Assembly: GCA_004022145.1 (NCBI GenBank)
Contig: RCNU01000002.1
Length of the DNA stretch: 64,000 nt
Strand: one strand, 5' to 3'
DNA from: Paecilomyces variotii
Lineage: Eukaryota
Under the pieces are notes generated by a model. The model worked only from the letters and a program-made list of their open reading frames with translations. It did no database searches and was not told where the DNA came from. Both the position numbers and the translations under genes were made by a program. Shown piece by piece: positions 38,507 to 51,928 of this stretch (positions within the stretch are counted from its first letter, which is position 1; the number at the start of each line of letters is the position of its first letter).

Positions 38507-40189
38507 TCAAGTGCCAATCACCATCCATACAAGCAACCCGATCCAGGATGTGACAAAGCCAGCGGTCAAGAAACCAGCGCCCACTTTGTCGCCCGTGGTG
38601 ATCGCGGCCAGTTGGGTCGAGGTAGAGTGATCGTCCTGTCCGGCAGTCGGATCACTCGTACTGTTTCCTCCAGTGGTCGCTGTCACTGGTCTCGTCCGGT
38701 TGGCGGCAACGAGATTGGCAACGAATATATTGGTTCCGCTGATTTGCTCCTCAATTCCAGTCCATCCGTCCCAGGCTTTGGTGTACCAGCGGACACCACA
38801 GGAGTTGTTGTTGTTACCACTGCACGATGCTGCTGCCGCTTCTGCGGACCCCTGTAGCTTAGGGAGAATTTGGTCGTAGGTCGATGGCACCAGGACGCTG
38901 GTGAACGCCAGCCACGCGGCAGTTAAGCCCTTGAAAAGAATCTCGTTGGCGTTACAGATCTCAGTGGGTTCGCAGAGGATTTCGGACATGATGTTGCCGC
39001 CGTACTGGGTCGGGAAGAATGTCTTGAGAGTGACTCCAAGGAGACCATTAACGGCCTTCTCCCACTTTTCGGTGCCATTTGTCTATAGAAGTGCGTCAGT
39101 ATTGCTCGCAACAAGACCAATATCGTGAAGAGACTCGAGAGACGGCAGAGAAAATGACACGGGCCCTGGTAGGGTGCCAGTGCGGTACATCGGCCGATAG
39201 AACCAGGAAAAGGTTTCATATCACTCACGTAATTGTACATGTAGGCAGCTCCGCTGATAAATGTGCCGTAGTTATAGGACCATTGGTTATTTCCCTGGGT
39301 GGTACAATTGTTCCCGACCTCCACGGAATCGGCGACATTCCAGGTTTCGGTGCTTAGCAGCGGGGTGGAAGCACACCAGTCGAAGATCTTTTCGGCCCAT
39401 TCGGCGTAGGTCGCGTTATGGGTATAATATGCTAGGCGGGCAGCGAGCTGGAACAGACCTCCATTGGAGATGGCGTTCTTGAGATTGTATCCTGCTTCGT
39501 AGGCCCAGATCTGCCAGCGCAAACCTCCGCCGCAAGTGGTGGGATCCCATCGTGCGACTTGGGTGTTGAAGACTCCTTGCGCGAGCGACAACCACGAGTA
39601 TGTCCCATAAGCTGGATACTGGAGCTCAGTTGCTGTCATCGCTGCCAGTCCCCAGAACATTTGATCGTCGTTTCCCTGACGGTTTCGACCATGTCAGACA
39701 GGCTCTCTGAACGTGGCTTTGCTTTTTGCTTACCAGGTAGCTACTCCAGTTGGACGGCATGTAGTCGCCATCACCAGCCTGCCACTGCATGCCAACACTG
39801 ACTTCATTGTTGTAGGTGGTGTCTCCAGTTTCGTGCCAGTACTCGATGGCGGCCATGAACAGTGCTCCTCCTTCCCACCAAGTGCCAGGCAGCTTACCGG
39901 GAATGGCGCCTGATGCATTTCCTTGGTACAAGTGCATTTGTCCGTAGATCGCTGTGCTGGCGGCATTTTTGAGGGATTCTGAAGCGTGCCATCACGACCT
40001 GTTAGAGGCCAAGCGCAGAGATGATAACACAGAGCGACGCGGAGGGGAGGAGGGGGGGATGAATATTCATGAATGGTTAAACTTACCAGTACTGCTGATG
40101 TCCAGGTCGAAGCCGTGCACCAGATTAGCCACCGCTAGTAGAGCAGCCACCAGCTGCCTCCAGCCGTGCCAAACTCCTGGTCTGGCCAT
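38507..40189 (-). CDS. GH76 alpha-1,6-mannanase/transglycosidase, Dfg5/Dcw1 family, GPI-anchored
   Basis: Exons 40189-40087, 39978-39734, 39675-39229, 39082-38507. Signal peptide, WWEGGA, catalytic GNDDQ.FW, CGGGLRWQ, KNAISNG, WSYNYG, hydrophobic GPI tail. Confidence 0.92.
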
Positions 40190-40802
40190 ATCTGCTGTAT
40201 ATTGCGATGGAGGGAGGATAAGTGAGATTCACAGAAGGACGACACTCACCCAACACCCACCGCGCCTGGTAGAGAAGGGACTGGCGAATAAGAGGAACAC
40301 GGGGGTCCAGGAGATCAGAGATGATGGCCGGAAGCCCGCCTGACATGGCCTTGTTCCTCTGCGGCATGGTCGATAATGAACACACCAGTCACAGCCCGTG
40401 CTCTGGGCCGTGGATTCGTACGCCATACGACCTTCCAGGAGAACAAGGCGTTTCAATTTGGCGCATGGACGAGTCGAGTAAATTCGTACGGATGGCGGCA
40501 CAAATAATGACTGGTCCGGCTAGCGAAAAGACTAGTAACAACGCCCAAGCACTAAAAATAATATCCAAACCTACCAGAGGATGTAAAAGTCGCCCCCTTG
40601 GCCGCACGCAGTAATATTATTAACCTGGATCCCCTCGAGGTACAGTACCAGACTACCAGTACATTTAGCCTGTCATGATACGAAAGTATTTAAGCTGACA
40701 GATATATAACTATTGATTATTATATATTACCATAGTCAATAGAAGGTCTATCTGCTCTTGCACACGCCATTCCTCTGGCATGCCATAGACTATCTAGTCT
40801 AT

Positions 40803-40829
40803 CTACTATATTACTACTACTACTACTAC
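40803..40829 (+). repeat. (TAC)n microsatellite
   Basis: ctactatattactactactactactac read directly from the sequence. Confidence 0.85.
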
Positions 40830-43038
40830 ATCTTCTGCGGCATTCTAGGGCCCGAGAGTGCCGAGATCCAATCTCCGCGTATCCGTGTTCATCAAGCAAT
40901 ATCAGAACCAGTGGAACAGTACGGCACCACATCCACAATATTATTAGTGGAATTCCTCCGTCTACCTATGGTACAGGTAGAGTAGTACCCGCCCTTGAAA
41001 TTTTTTTATTATTTTTATTTCATTTTTTTTTTTTTTATTATTTCTGGAGACTCGTTCTGGCTTGCGTAAAGCGCCCGTGTTCTCCACCGACCACGTACAG
41101 AATCCGTACCAAGCCTCACGCTAGAAAAGCTTGACCCCGAATAACTCGTCAGATCGTCTGCTCGGGATTGTCGGCTGTGTTAACTGGCCGATTTCTGGGT
41201 CTTTCGCCTCTCTGGCAGCTCGATTATTATTTGTTCCTTTCAGATCGCAAGTAGTGATGTCGCCAGAGTTTTCCCGCCATCGTTTGCCGCATTCCGCAAA
41301 CCTGCTTTCTCTGCAGAAAACAACACACGCAGCTGATATGCGCAAGGCCGTCGTTCGACCATCATACGCCAGAATAGGCAATTATTATCTCTGCTGGACG
41401 TGATATCTGGAACAGACGATGTTTTGACGAATAATAATAATACGGAGAATACAGAGAATACGGAGAGAGCAGGGGGGAAACAGGGTAAAACTAGCGGCGA
41501 CGCTAGGTGGCGCCCGTTTGCGGGAAACGATCATCCACAATGACACCTGCATCTCGAACCCCTTGATGGACGCAAGATAGAGGAGAAGATAGGATAGGCC
41601 TGTCTCTTCGCAGAAAGACACTTAATAATGTACTTTTCGACATGGGATCCTGGCGTATTAATACCACAAACAGTCATGAAGAGATTATCAAACCCCACAA
41701 GACGGCATACAGTGTCAGGTCCACTGAAGTTTGAACTCGGGGCAGCGCAGATCCCCCCAGAGCCTCGAGATCCCACATCTGGGGATAATAATGGCCAGAT
41801 GGTCGAGATCTGCACATCTGCTACATTTATTTTCTCGTCGTCAAACTCGACCTTAAACAATACTGTAGTAACTACCAGAGGTCATTCTGTGACATTCTCT
41901 TTTGCGAAGACCGTCGAATAATAATTCACAGTCGACAATTTCGATTCCAAAACGTGGAATGTAGCAGTCCCTCTGACAACGTGCCCGATAGGTTGACGTT
42001 TCAGGATCTCGAGACGAGGGATGTATTGCCATATCTCTCCGTCTTCGACGATTCCATGTATGTACTCCGCTGTATCTTAGTTACGGTCCCCTGTGCCATA
42101 ACTTTAAGGCTAATACTATGTCAGTGCCAATAGAACAAGAATCCACTGGAGAATGTGAAGAATACTTTTATACTCTCCTTAGGGTCTGAATCCCTCTACG
42201 TACCATCAATGTAACCAGCCAACCAGCCAATCCAACAACCAGAAGCAAACTTTTAAATCTTAAATGTAATCCTCTTTCTGGCGCAGCTAAGCTAAGCTAC
42301 AGACTAATTTAGAACATAAGCTGCAGAACATTTTTTAATGTATGGTATTACATAGCTGTATAGAACTAACCCCCCACTTGTGAATGTGGGACGAACCTTT
42401 TATTTACGATTCGAGAACAACCCCAGTCTGGTGGCTTGAAAGGCTAAGTAGTGGTCGGCGGGGTCTTGTACCATATGGAGGGACCTGGAATTTAGAGTAT
42501 TTATCCAACTACGTAGATTATGTACGCCACGTTCCAAGAATATCTGTCGTTGCTTCAGTCTTGCCTCTTCTGAACAATGTGATGTCACATCCATGCGATT
42601 GTCTGTCTATACTCGCCACAGATGGGACGATACCAATCGTAGGCACTCGCTGAGGACCCATTATGAAGGTGCGGCAGATGTATAAATACGGAGTACATGC
42701 TTGAAATGTTGCTATTGCTGCTATGAAGATTCAATATTCAATGAAGACTCTCTATTAGAACTGTATCTGCACAGTTCGACTCTTGTGTCTGGAAATTTAC
42801 TACGTATTTAAAGAAGCTTATTTAAGACAGAACCCTTATGGAGAATAAGAGTAAGCTATGCTCTCTCCATTCCACTTGGCAGTCATAACTGTCTGTACGA
42901 AGTCATAATATCATCTCGCATTCTGATCATTTCCACAGGTACACTATTCCACATATTGACTCCCACAAGATCATATCAATTCATTAAACCATATACAACA
43001 TACATCAAGCCCCCAAATTTATATATACCATACTGACA

Positions 43039-44727
43039 TCAAACCCGAAGACTCGCCACATTTTGCATCAGGAACTGAGCCGTATCATTTCTGAAATCAT
43101 CCGCCAGCAACGACGACGAATCCGCGAAGAACTGCATGAGAGTCTGACTCTCGCTCCATTGTGGCCACTCTGTCTGGCCTGATCCGTCGTTGGGATCGAG
43201 GTTATATATGAACGAGAGATAGTATGAGCGAATCGCATCTGAAGCGTGGTTGGGCAGGATGCCGAAGAATACTTGTAGTATGTCACTGCCGTGGAAAGTG
43301 CCAAGGAAGGGCGTTCCGTAGTCATATGAAGATAGGTAGGACCAGAATGGGACGTCCGGGTGGACGCTTTGAGAGATGGTTAGGAAGACTCGTCTCGTCA
43401 GTGTGAAGGTCATGTCTCCGAGGATAGCTGCTAGACGCATAAACTGCGGGTACCAGTTGTTCGCATCAGAGGTTCGGAAAGGAGACATGTCGTCGGGGTC
43501 ATCGGGATATGTTGCTACTAGTTCTTCGATCTGTTCTCTGGTTGCATCGTGGAAGAAGATCGTTGAGAGATACGTGACCACATCATCGATGGTTGTGAGA
43601 TTGCTTTGGGACAATGCAAATATCGTCCCCTCGTCTTCCTGGTCTCCTATGATGAATGGAACTTTGGCATATTTACCCTGTTTGATAAGGGCGTCAGGAG
43701 AATCAGTGAGGACCTTCCCATCAGGTCGAGGTAAGTATGCAAGATCAACTGAGTGGTAGCTCAATATTCCAGGGACAGAGTTCGCTGCGTTCAGCAGGTC
43801 GGTATAGTCCAGTTCCCGGAGACATTCGAGGGTATCACTGGCTGAAGAGCAGCCTGCATTTTTCACAACAGTGTCATATACGAGCTGCGCAGAAGGTGTA
43901 TCGACTGGGTTGGCAGGAACAATACTTCCAGAGTCCATAATCCCGGCACGGAATAATGGCTTGCCGTTATAAGTGTTGTCTCCATCGTACAGCAACATCT
44001 GATCGAAGACGGAAATAGAGCCTGCAGACTCCCCCCAGATAGTGACTTTCTCTGGGTCACCACCAAAAGCTTCGATATTGTCTGCAACCCATTGGAGAGC
44101 CAGTCTCTGATCGATTAGTCCGAGATTCGATGCGCCATCTGCGAGGACCTCCTTTCCGGGAAGGAATCCAAACCCTCCCACTCTATAGTTGGCAGCGACA
44201 TACACTATGGGCTTATCTTTGTCGATAGACGCCGAAACAATTGGCTCTCCAGTATACAACTGAGTGGAACCAAGCTCGAAACCTCCTCCAAATATCCAAA
44301 ACAGCACAGGCAGTTTCGAATCAGCAGTCGTCCCAGCAGGTCGGACTATATCCAAGGTCAGACAGTCCTCCTTGGAATTCTGAACCGCTTGGAATATTGG
44401 AAGATTGAGGACTTCTCCCAAGATATTTGTCGGAAAGTCATTCTCGTCAACGCTGAAATAGAATTGTGGACAAGCGGGTGCTATTTCCACTGCATCAACG
44501 GTTCCCAGCGGAGATGTCAACGGCTGCGGTGGCTTTAAACGCAAAGACCCTGTTGGAGGCTGGGCGAAAGGAATGCCAACGAATGTGTCGACAGTTAATT
44601 CTGTCGCCCCGACAATAGTAGCCTCTGGATGGGCAATGGTAACCGTGGGGGAAGATGCCCGCTTAGCCGGAGCAGCAGCAGCAAGGGAGATACAAGCCAA
44701 GAAGGGAACGAGAGTCGTTAACATCAT
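43039..44727 (-). CDS. Secreted type-B carboxylesterase/lipase (Candida rugosa lipase / sterol esterase-like), intronless
   Basis: Likely ATG at 44727 ([18 protein letters not shown] signal peptide). [24 protein letters not shown] nucleophile, GDQEDEG, GTFHGSD. Confidence 0.92.
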   Translation of the reverse strand: MMLTTLVPFLACISLAAAAPAKRASSPTVTIAHPEATIVGATELTVDTFVGIPFAQPPTGSLRLKPPQPLTSPLGTVDAVEIAPACPQFYFSVDENDFPTNILGEVLNLPIFQAVQNSKEDCLTLDIVRPAGTTADSKLPVLFWIFGGGFELGSTQLYTGEPIVSASIDKDKPIVYVAANYRVGGFGFLPGKEVLADGASNLGLIDQRLALQWVADNIEAFGGDPEKVTIWGESAGSISVFDQMLLYDGDNTYNGKPLFRAGIMDSGSIVPANPVDTPSAQLVYDTVVKNAGCSSASDTLECLRELDYTDLLNAANSVPGILSYHSVDLAYLPRPDGKVLTDSPDALIKQGKYAKVPFIIGDQEDEGTIFALSQSNLTTIDDVVTYLSTIFFHDATREQIEELVATYPDDPDDMSPFRTSDANNWYPQFMRLAAILGDMTFTLTRRVFLTISQSVHPDVPFWSYLSSYDYGTPFLGTFHGSDILQVFFGILPNHASDAIRSYYLSFIYNLDPNDGSGQTEWPQWSESQTLMQFFADSSSLLADDFRNDTAQFLMQNVASLRV

Positions 44728-46601
44728 GACAGATCGTTGCACAAGCCTGAAACCAATATTTAGGTACTCTCTCTCTCTCCTTCCAGGGCGCACAAAGGTC
44801 CGTGTTATAGAACACTCCGTTCCTACCCAAACAGGCGCCCAGACCGCTCTGCCCTCATGATATATGTTCACCCACAACAACCACAAGAAGAACTCGATCC
44901 GTCACAGAGACACATGGAAGCATGTGTGTCCTCGGCAAAGTTCGAGCTGCTCTTAAGCAAGCCTTGGTCAATCCTGCACGATCCTCCAGCCACGAGACCC
45001 CGCTCCTCCTGAGGATCGGAATCCGGATAGAAGACTCCCGCGGAAGATCAACAGATCTATAAGCCATTAGTGTCTTGCACTGCAGATAGTAGGTGTCCAG
45101 TGGCGTTCCATATATTGTTTTGCGGGAGAAGCATACTCGATCGTGGTTCAGGAACTAGTAGTATGTATGTTCGCGTGACCTTTGCGCGTGTGGTGAGAAA
45201 TACACTTGACTCGATGCTCTCATCTAGCACTCTCATTTACCTAGTTCTAGTACAGCAAATGCTCCGGGGCTAGTGTATAAGGACCCTGCTTGGAGACCTT
45301 CGCGCTTTCGTGGGCAGGAAAAACGGAATAAATAAGCAAACATTCGATGGGGTTACCATAGAAGGTCCTCAGCAGAGAAATAAACACCATTCGCACCAGG
45401 CCAAATAGGTTAACGATATGCTACGGAATCCTCACTCACCGCAATTTCAATCTCAACTAAGACGGTAGTCTTAGCCGGCAGAGCATTCTTAGATCTACAT
45501 ACAGTAGGTACTCAACGGCCATGCTGGAAGGGCCGCACACCGGCTCGAATAACGAAAAGCCCTAATATCAAGCTCTAAGCGAACCTAGAACTCAAACACA
45601 TCCGCTGTCGTATCTATGGATTCCCCAGACGGATTAACATCTCTAGACAGAAGGACAGAGAAGATCACAGGGCCGTATGTCTCGATGCGTTGGGTACGTG
45701 GATATTCCGGGGTAGATCGGCCCCAGATTGAGAGTTTCCCCGGACACCTTAATAGTTAGTTAACTAATCCTCTATAGTTACTAGTTAATCGGCCCCTATT
45801 CTCTATTCCTGCAGTTAGCCCTCACTCTCCGGCAGAAGATTCGGGAGACGAAAAACACATCCCCCCAATCACGCCGGCGCAAAAGCGGAAAGGGTCTTCT
45901 TTTCCAAAACCCTCTTCGGAAGGTATACCTTACGGGGTATAGATCTATCTACTTAGCAGGTACTTTTCTCGAAGCTAGCGGTGTGGATGATTGATTGATA
46001 ACGCCCATTTCTGGTTGGTGTCCGGTCTGATCGTCTTCTCCGCATTTTCGGCTCCGCGCTTTGTTTTTCTGTCTGTTGACGGAAGAGGGGCTAGGAGCTG
46101 ATCTGCAATGCAAGTGACTGCCGAGGTGAAAATCCATATTGAAGAAAATATTCTGTACTGTAAATAAAAATAAACTATACTTAACACGGCTCTGTCACTG
46201 TACTTAGTCTGCCGTTGGTGTTAAGATACCGAAGATGAGAGTGTGTTTGGAGAGTTGCACCCTTGCATAGTTATTTAAGTCATCTTTAGTGCCGGTACTT
46301 AACTAGTTGCCATAATAAATTTAGTAAGTATGTGTGTGGCTGCTTCGTTGACAGCGCATCCAGATATCCTGGAGTAGTATTCACACTGCATGCGATAAAA
46401 ACGGACGCAGGAAAGGACAAGCAGACATAATGACGCTATATACTGCGATTAACTATCTAAAGAATGCACGAACAAGTTTTATGTGAGAAGGGAAGCTGGA
46501 TCAACTCGAAGAAAAGAATATCTATCTACACAGAGAGACATGCATATATTCACGATTTCGGATTGTAACCCCTCAAATTAAATTCCTCGTTGTTCCTCCT
46601 C

Positions 46602-49600
46602 CTATGCACGTAATGCCTCTTGGGCTGCATCATAGTATAGATCCAACAGACATCCTGCGGACCAGGCTTGGGTAGGTGACTAAACATTGCCCATTAGTAA
46701 TGCCAATCTATGACACCGGTTCATAAGATGAAAGGGGGGATATTCACCGAATCTGCGCAGAATGCGCCATCCTTATTTGTTAATTCCGTCAGGCCTTTCC
46801 ACGGACTCTCCCGCAGAGCCTTTTTGCAGCCGTCCAATCTCCTAGTCACCTGCTGGAAGGTCTCTGTCCGCTCCTCGGCAGTTTGTCGACGCTGGAGATC
46901 GAAATGCAGGAGTGCACGCAAGAAGAAGCCTCGTGGCCAGACCCATTCCGGGCCCTGGTGGTAGTTTCGGCCCTTGGCGGTCGCAAAGTCTGTAGAGTCT
47001 TCCGAGTTGTTATAATTGGGTCGGTAATTCATGTCAGAGGGGTCCAGAGTAGCCATGCCAGTCGGGCCCATTAGAACAGAGTCTGCAATAGACAGCGCAT
47101 ACAGTGCCTTGGATGGCGTGAAGAGCTCAGGTGCAACGGTCATGGCGATTGGGAAGTTGGAACGAAGCTGGTAATCCTCGTAAGGTTTACCGGATCGGTA
47201 CAGGTCCTTGTAAATTCCTCTCCGATTGATAATGGAAGGATCAACGTCATATTGTCCGTCTTCTTTCGGATCAAGAGGAACGTAGTAGCAGCGCTCGAAA
47301 TTGCTCTTGATCTTAGAAGCCCAGTCCGCGAATGTTACCAGTTTTCCACTATCAATATCAACTCCCGGATACGGGTAGTCCCCAGCTTCGTGGAGTTCAT
47401 TGACCCACTTCAGAGCACTATAAAGAAGGCCTGTGATCTCGATTGCTGCACCGTCACGGGGAGTTCCGGGAATTCCTTTGCTTCGTGCTTTTTCGCTCTC
47501 TCCCATTTTATCCTGCCATGTACCACAGTTCAGCTGACTGCCTCCGAATATCAGCCCTGTCTCCCAATCGACGTTAACATTGATGTTGAAGCCTTCTTCC
47601 TTCATTTGCATGTCGAGCTCGGGTCCTGCATTGTACTCTTTGAAAGAGAGTCCGCTAGCATGTCTTTGGAAAGCCTCCTGGATAACATCTTCGATGGTTG
47701 AAGACTTAGAATAAGCTCTTGGATCGTCGAACGGGAACCAGGTATCATCGTACGGCCTAAAACGCCTTGGTATCTTTTCTTTGAGAATCTGGATGCCGTC
47801 AGGCGCCATCTTGGTATAGTCTTGGATAGCCTGGATGAAGAACCACACTGAATCTCGGGAGTTGTATCGCGGGTTTTTGCCAGCGCTTAGCAAGTTCGGT
47901 ATCATTCCATGCTTGAGGACACTTGCGAATGCAAATATATGTTCCTTGGCCTCCTCGAAACGACCTGTGCAAAGAAGCAATCCTCGAAGGGAGATGAAGA
48001 CATCACGTCCCCAGCAGCGAGCCCACTCAACTGCGAAATGTGGTAGGCCAGCTGCAAGACTGGGGACACTCTTCATTGGCCAGAGCGACGCCGACTTTAC
48101 ATATCCAGTCATCTGCACACTGACCATGGCAAGCTGATGAATGAACTCCTGGCCGTGTCGGACGTCCTTGCCGAATAAGCTGATAGCTTGCTCCCAAGCT
48201 GCCATGTATGCCTTTTGAACTATCATAGCAAAGTATCTTGGCAAGAGAAAGCTGGGTAGCTTACGCACCGCATGGAACCTCTCCCGCAACCACACTGCCG
48301 GCTCATACAACCGCGTATAGCCCTTCTTTTTGGCCATCTTTTCCATTCGTTGCACGATATAGTCAAGAGGCCACTGGCCTTGGCGCAGGTGATCGCAAAG
48401 GGGGTGCGCCAAGTCATTGTATTTGATGATATTCTCGAGTACACTCCACCATCCCTGCAGACCCGCGTATACCAGCGGACCGTAGTTGGGAATATTGTAG
48501 ACGCCATCCTGACCTTCACTTGAATCTCTCTCCTCTGCATCGCATCTGTATAGCACGAAGTTAAGATCAACCAAGTCAAGATCGCTGAAAGCTTCTTTTG
48601 CACCTCCAGTAATAAAATTGTGCAGTCCCTCGGAGTGCTCAGCCCGTGGAATCCAGGTCTCAAACAAGGCGATAGAACCAGGTACCAACTTCTCTGACGC
48701 ATAGATGGTCGTGTCATCTCCTTTTTGAGTGGCTTTGGCACCATCGATCGCGACAACCCGGCTGGGCAACCCTTTGAGAAGTTGCTTATCGGCTAATGTC
48801 TCATCCTTCTTCTCTTGGCTGGCATCAACTTCCAACAGCCAGCTGCCAAGCAGCTTAGCTTTTGTGCCCACAAGGTGTGTCGGGGCAATCACTCCGTTGC
48901 CATTGCCATATCCAGGGAAGGCCGTATGCGCAATCAAAAATATCCCCTTCCTAGTTTGCGGGTGGACTCTGTGAACAGTAATATATTCACCGTCGTGATG
49001 GATATGCGTCTCATCGTATCCTTGAACACCCATCATAGTATGCAGTTTATTAAGAAACTTCTTGACGCTGCCAATTCCCCCCTCTGTCGTTCCAGTCGAG
49101 AGGTGGGCTTGTTCAGAGAAGGCCGAATGGTACAGACGGGTCTCATGCACTAGATCAACCAGCTTAGGGTATATTTCATCGTAACCCATGACACTTCCAG
49201 TAGCTGAGGCACACATGGCAACCAGCGCCGCATTAGGGAGGGTATCTCTTGCATCCCGTTTCTGTGCCGGGACCTCGTTGTCGTGCGTGCAGTCCATGAA
49301 AAGTGCATGCACAGGACTCTGACGGATGTGGGAAATAGTTTCCCGTTCGCCCTCTGATTTAGCAGAGCTGACCGCATGGCTGCTGCCCGCAGTCGGAAGG
49401 TCAAGGTCAAAACTGCCAATTGGCCGACCTCCATGCCGGTGAACAAGGCGACTCAGCTCGCCGGTACTCCATGCTTGCATTGCCTCACGAATCAGTGCAC
49501 TCAGACCTAGCCGCTTGACAAAGACGTAGTCGGTCTCCTCAGACCCTGTAAAGAGTTCTGCAAAGACAGTGAGATTCGGACGCACTTTCCTAGCCTCATC

Positions 49601-51336
49601 AAGGAGATACTCGGCTACCCTGAGTGGAGTGGAGTGGCAATTGTCGATGCGGAATCCAGAGAAATACTTGGCCATAAGACGAGTATAGCGTGCCATATAA
49701 TCCCAGAGGAAAGGGTTATCATCTGGACCGGAGCCGTACCGTAGTTTGACACAATCACCCCAGACAATAACCTCTCGGCGCAAGTAAGCTTTCGAGTCTG
49801 GTCCTGCATTATCGCGCATAGCGTCGGCATTCCAGATCCAGCCATTGTTCACAAGTGCCAATGCTTTGGGGTTGTGCTTCTTGGTTGTGTCGTTATCGGG
49901 CAGTCGAGTGAAGTAGGTCTCGATCAACGGGTTTTCCTTGGTGACTGGGCCCAACTTTGGGCCATGGTCATCGATACGGACATATTTGATCCGGTTGAAG
50001 AGTTGCTCCAGTATTTCAGCCACGTCTGCATCATACTCCGCGTAGCAAGGGGCATTTAGCTCATCAAGGATCTTTCCAACTTCACTCTCAATTGCAGAAA
50101 TGTCAGATGATTCATTGTAGCGTCCGAAGATTGCAGTAACTAAACCTGCAACAACGGTTGGTTTCACTTCACGACCGAATCTGCCGAGAATACGGTCCCC
50201 ATTGACGAGAGCTTTCTCGCGCACGTAAGAAACTTTCTGCTTAAGATCCCATCCCTTGATCTCCTCTGTGTTTTGAACATCCGGCTCATCGCCGGAATTA
50301 CTCTTCCATTCCTCGGCGACACGCTGGCTCTCTGACTTGACGTCCACGACGTAGAATTCCCATAGTCGGATCGCATCGATGACATGTTTTCGCAAGGCGT
50401 TCATCACAGTGACAAGGTCATCGACACTTTTGAACTCTGTAGGAAGACCTAGATCTGCTAGATCGTTTCCGAATTTGATCAGAGCATTATCCAGTTCCAA
50501 TGCCGATTCTAGCCATGGGGCAGTCTCCACGTTGTATCCCGCCTCTGGATGTTCTTCCAGCCACTGGCTATTATGTGCCGTGTGATTCCAGACCACGTCT
50601 GTAAGCGCCAGTAACTGATAATCTTTCTCCATCTTCGCCACTAGATCTGCAATGTCCTCCTCGCCATTTGGAAAGCACTCGGGGTCAAACTGCAGCTGGT
50701 CGTAGATGCTGTACGGGGAGTTTGAATCTCCGCGTTTCATCAACGGCGTGAAATGCACCATATTGTACTTTCTCTCGCCAATTCCCCGCAGGTGCTTGTC
50801 CCAGTCATCTGGATATTTCCCCATAAACTTCGAGATGACTGAAAATATGGACAGAGCGTCCAACGGCAGCGGCTTTTCTTGCAACGTCAACGCCGGTGAG
50901 ACATCAACATAGTGTGTAGGCGTCCTTGTCGGCTTGGGAGTCGGGACAGGTTCTAGTGAAAAGTCCGGGAGAGGAGAATAAGTCGTGTAGAAGGCAAATG
51001 CGCCAGGGGTGGTTATGGGCACGTCAATCTGGATGTTCTTGTTGAAGTCCGGCTGAAGACTATGAGGCGTAAGTCAGCAATTGGCTCTCGAAGGTTTCCA
51101 GGGACTCCCTAGACTTACTCGTATTGCCTAAAATTCGAGCGGTCGAAGTCAACGCCTTCTTCAGGGATGTTCACCCACAAGCTCCCTTCACGGCATATGG
51201 AGCTTGTTCCCTCGATCACGAAACGAAGGACATATGGAGGATCCGTGGGGGGTGGAAGGTAGATGTAACCCCCAGGGACGTCCGGCGAGCCATCATCCTT
51301 GAGAGGCAGGAGGTATACCTGCCTATCAACACTCAT
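46602..51336 (-). CDS. GDB1: Glycogen debranching enzyme (4-alpha-glucanotransferase / amylo-1,6-glucosidase)
   Basis: Exons 51336-51119, 51059-46748, 46679-46602. Motifs DVVWNHTA, GFRIDNCHSTP, AELFTG, MDCTHDNE, RCWGRDVFI, GRNYHQGPEW, SPTQAWS. Confidence 0.97.
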
Positions 51337-51574
51337 TGTCACGGATGACTGCTCGACAGGAACGACAGGTAATGAATGATAACAAGAGGGGTGGAGATGC
51401 GGAGACCAGGTATGTCCGCAGGAGATCGATGAACGCGATATCGCATACAGCGCTCCCCCAGCTGAACAACAAGAATTGAAGAAGGGATAAAATCCAAATC
51501 AACTATTTATGGAGGAGAGAAAAGCTGTCCATGGCTCCGGATGAGGTCCAAGCGGGATTGTGCCTGATTGAGGA

Positions 51575-51586
51575 ACCCCGCGGGGT
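51575..51586. promoter_or_regulatory. 12-bp palindrome ACCCCGCGGGGT, equal to two inverted CreA-type SYGGRG sites upstream of GDB1
   Basis: GCGGGG on both strands about 240 bp upstream of the GDB1 ATG. Carbon-catabolite control is plausible but inferred. Confidence 0.4.
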
Positions 51587-51928
51587 CGGAGTGGGTGACA
51601 TCATAGTCTGGAACCTCGACTTTATGGTATGTATGTACATACAATAATTTCTATTCCACTACGTACTCCCGGGGGATAATAATAATAGCTCGCACATGGC
51701 AGCAACGGGAAAGGAGAGAATTGAAGAGAATTTCATGTTACTTTGGGCTCTTTTAGCAATAGAGTCTTATTCGGGACATTATGACGAATATCTAAGTAAA
51801 CTAAAGGCCGAAAAGGGCTCATACAACATGGGGGCTAGAGGGAAGCCAGAAATTCTCCATCCTAAGCAATTTGTATCTCGTTACACCCTAGACCCCTCCC
51901 CTCCCCCTTCCCCGGACAAGAAGTTTCG

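Noticed and set aside
40600-43000. Short ORFs between the GH76 gene and the lipase
   Set aside because: Low-complexity or motif-free; consistent with promoter and terminator sequence.
44728-44886. Upstream extension of the lipase ORF
   Set aside because: Non-ATG start; the signal peptide begins at 44727.
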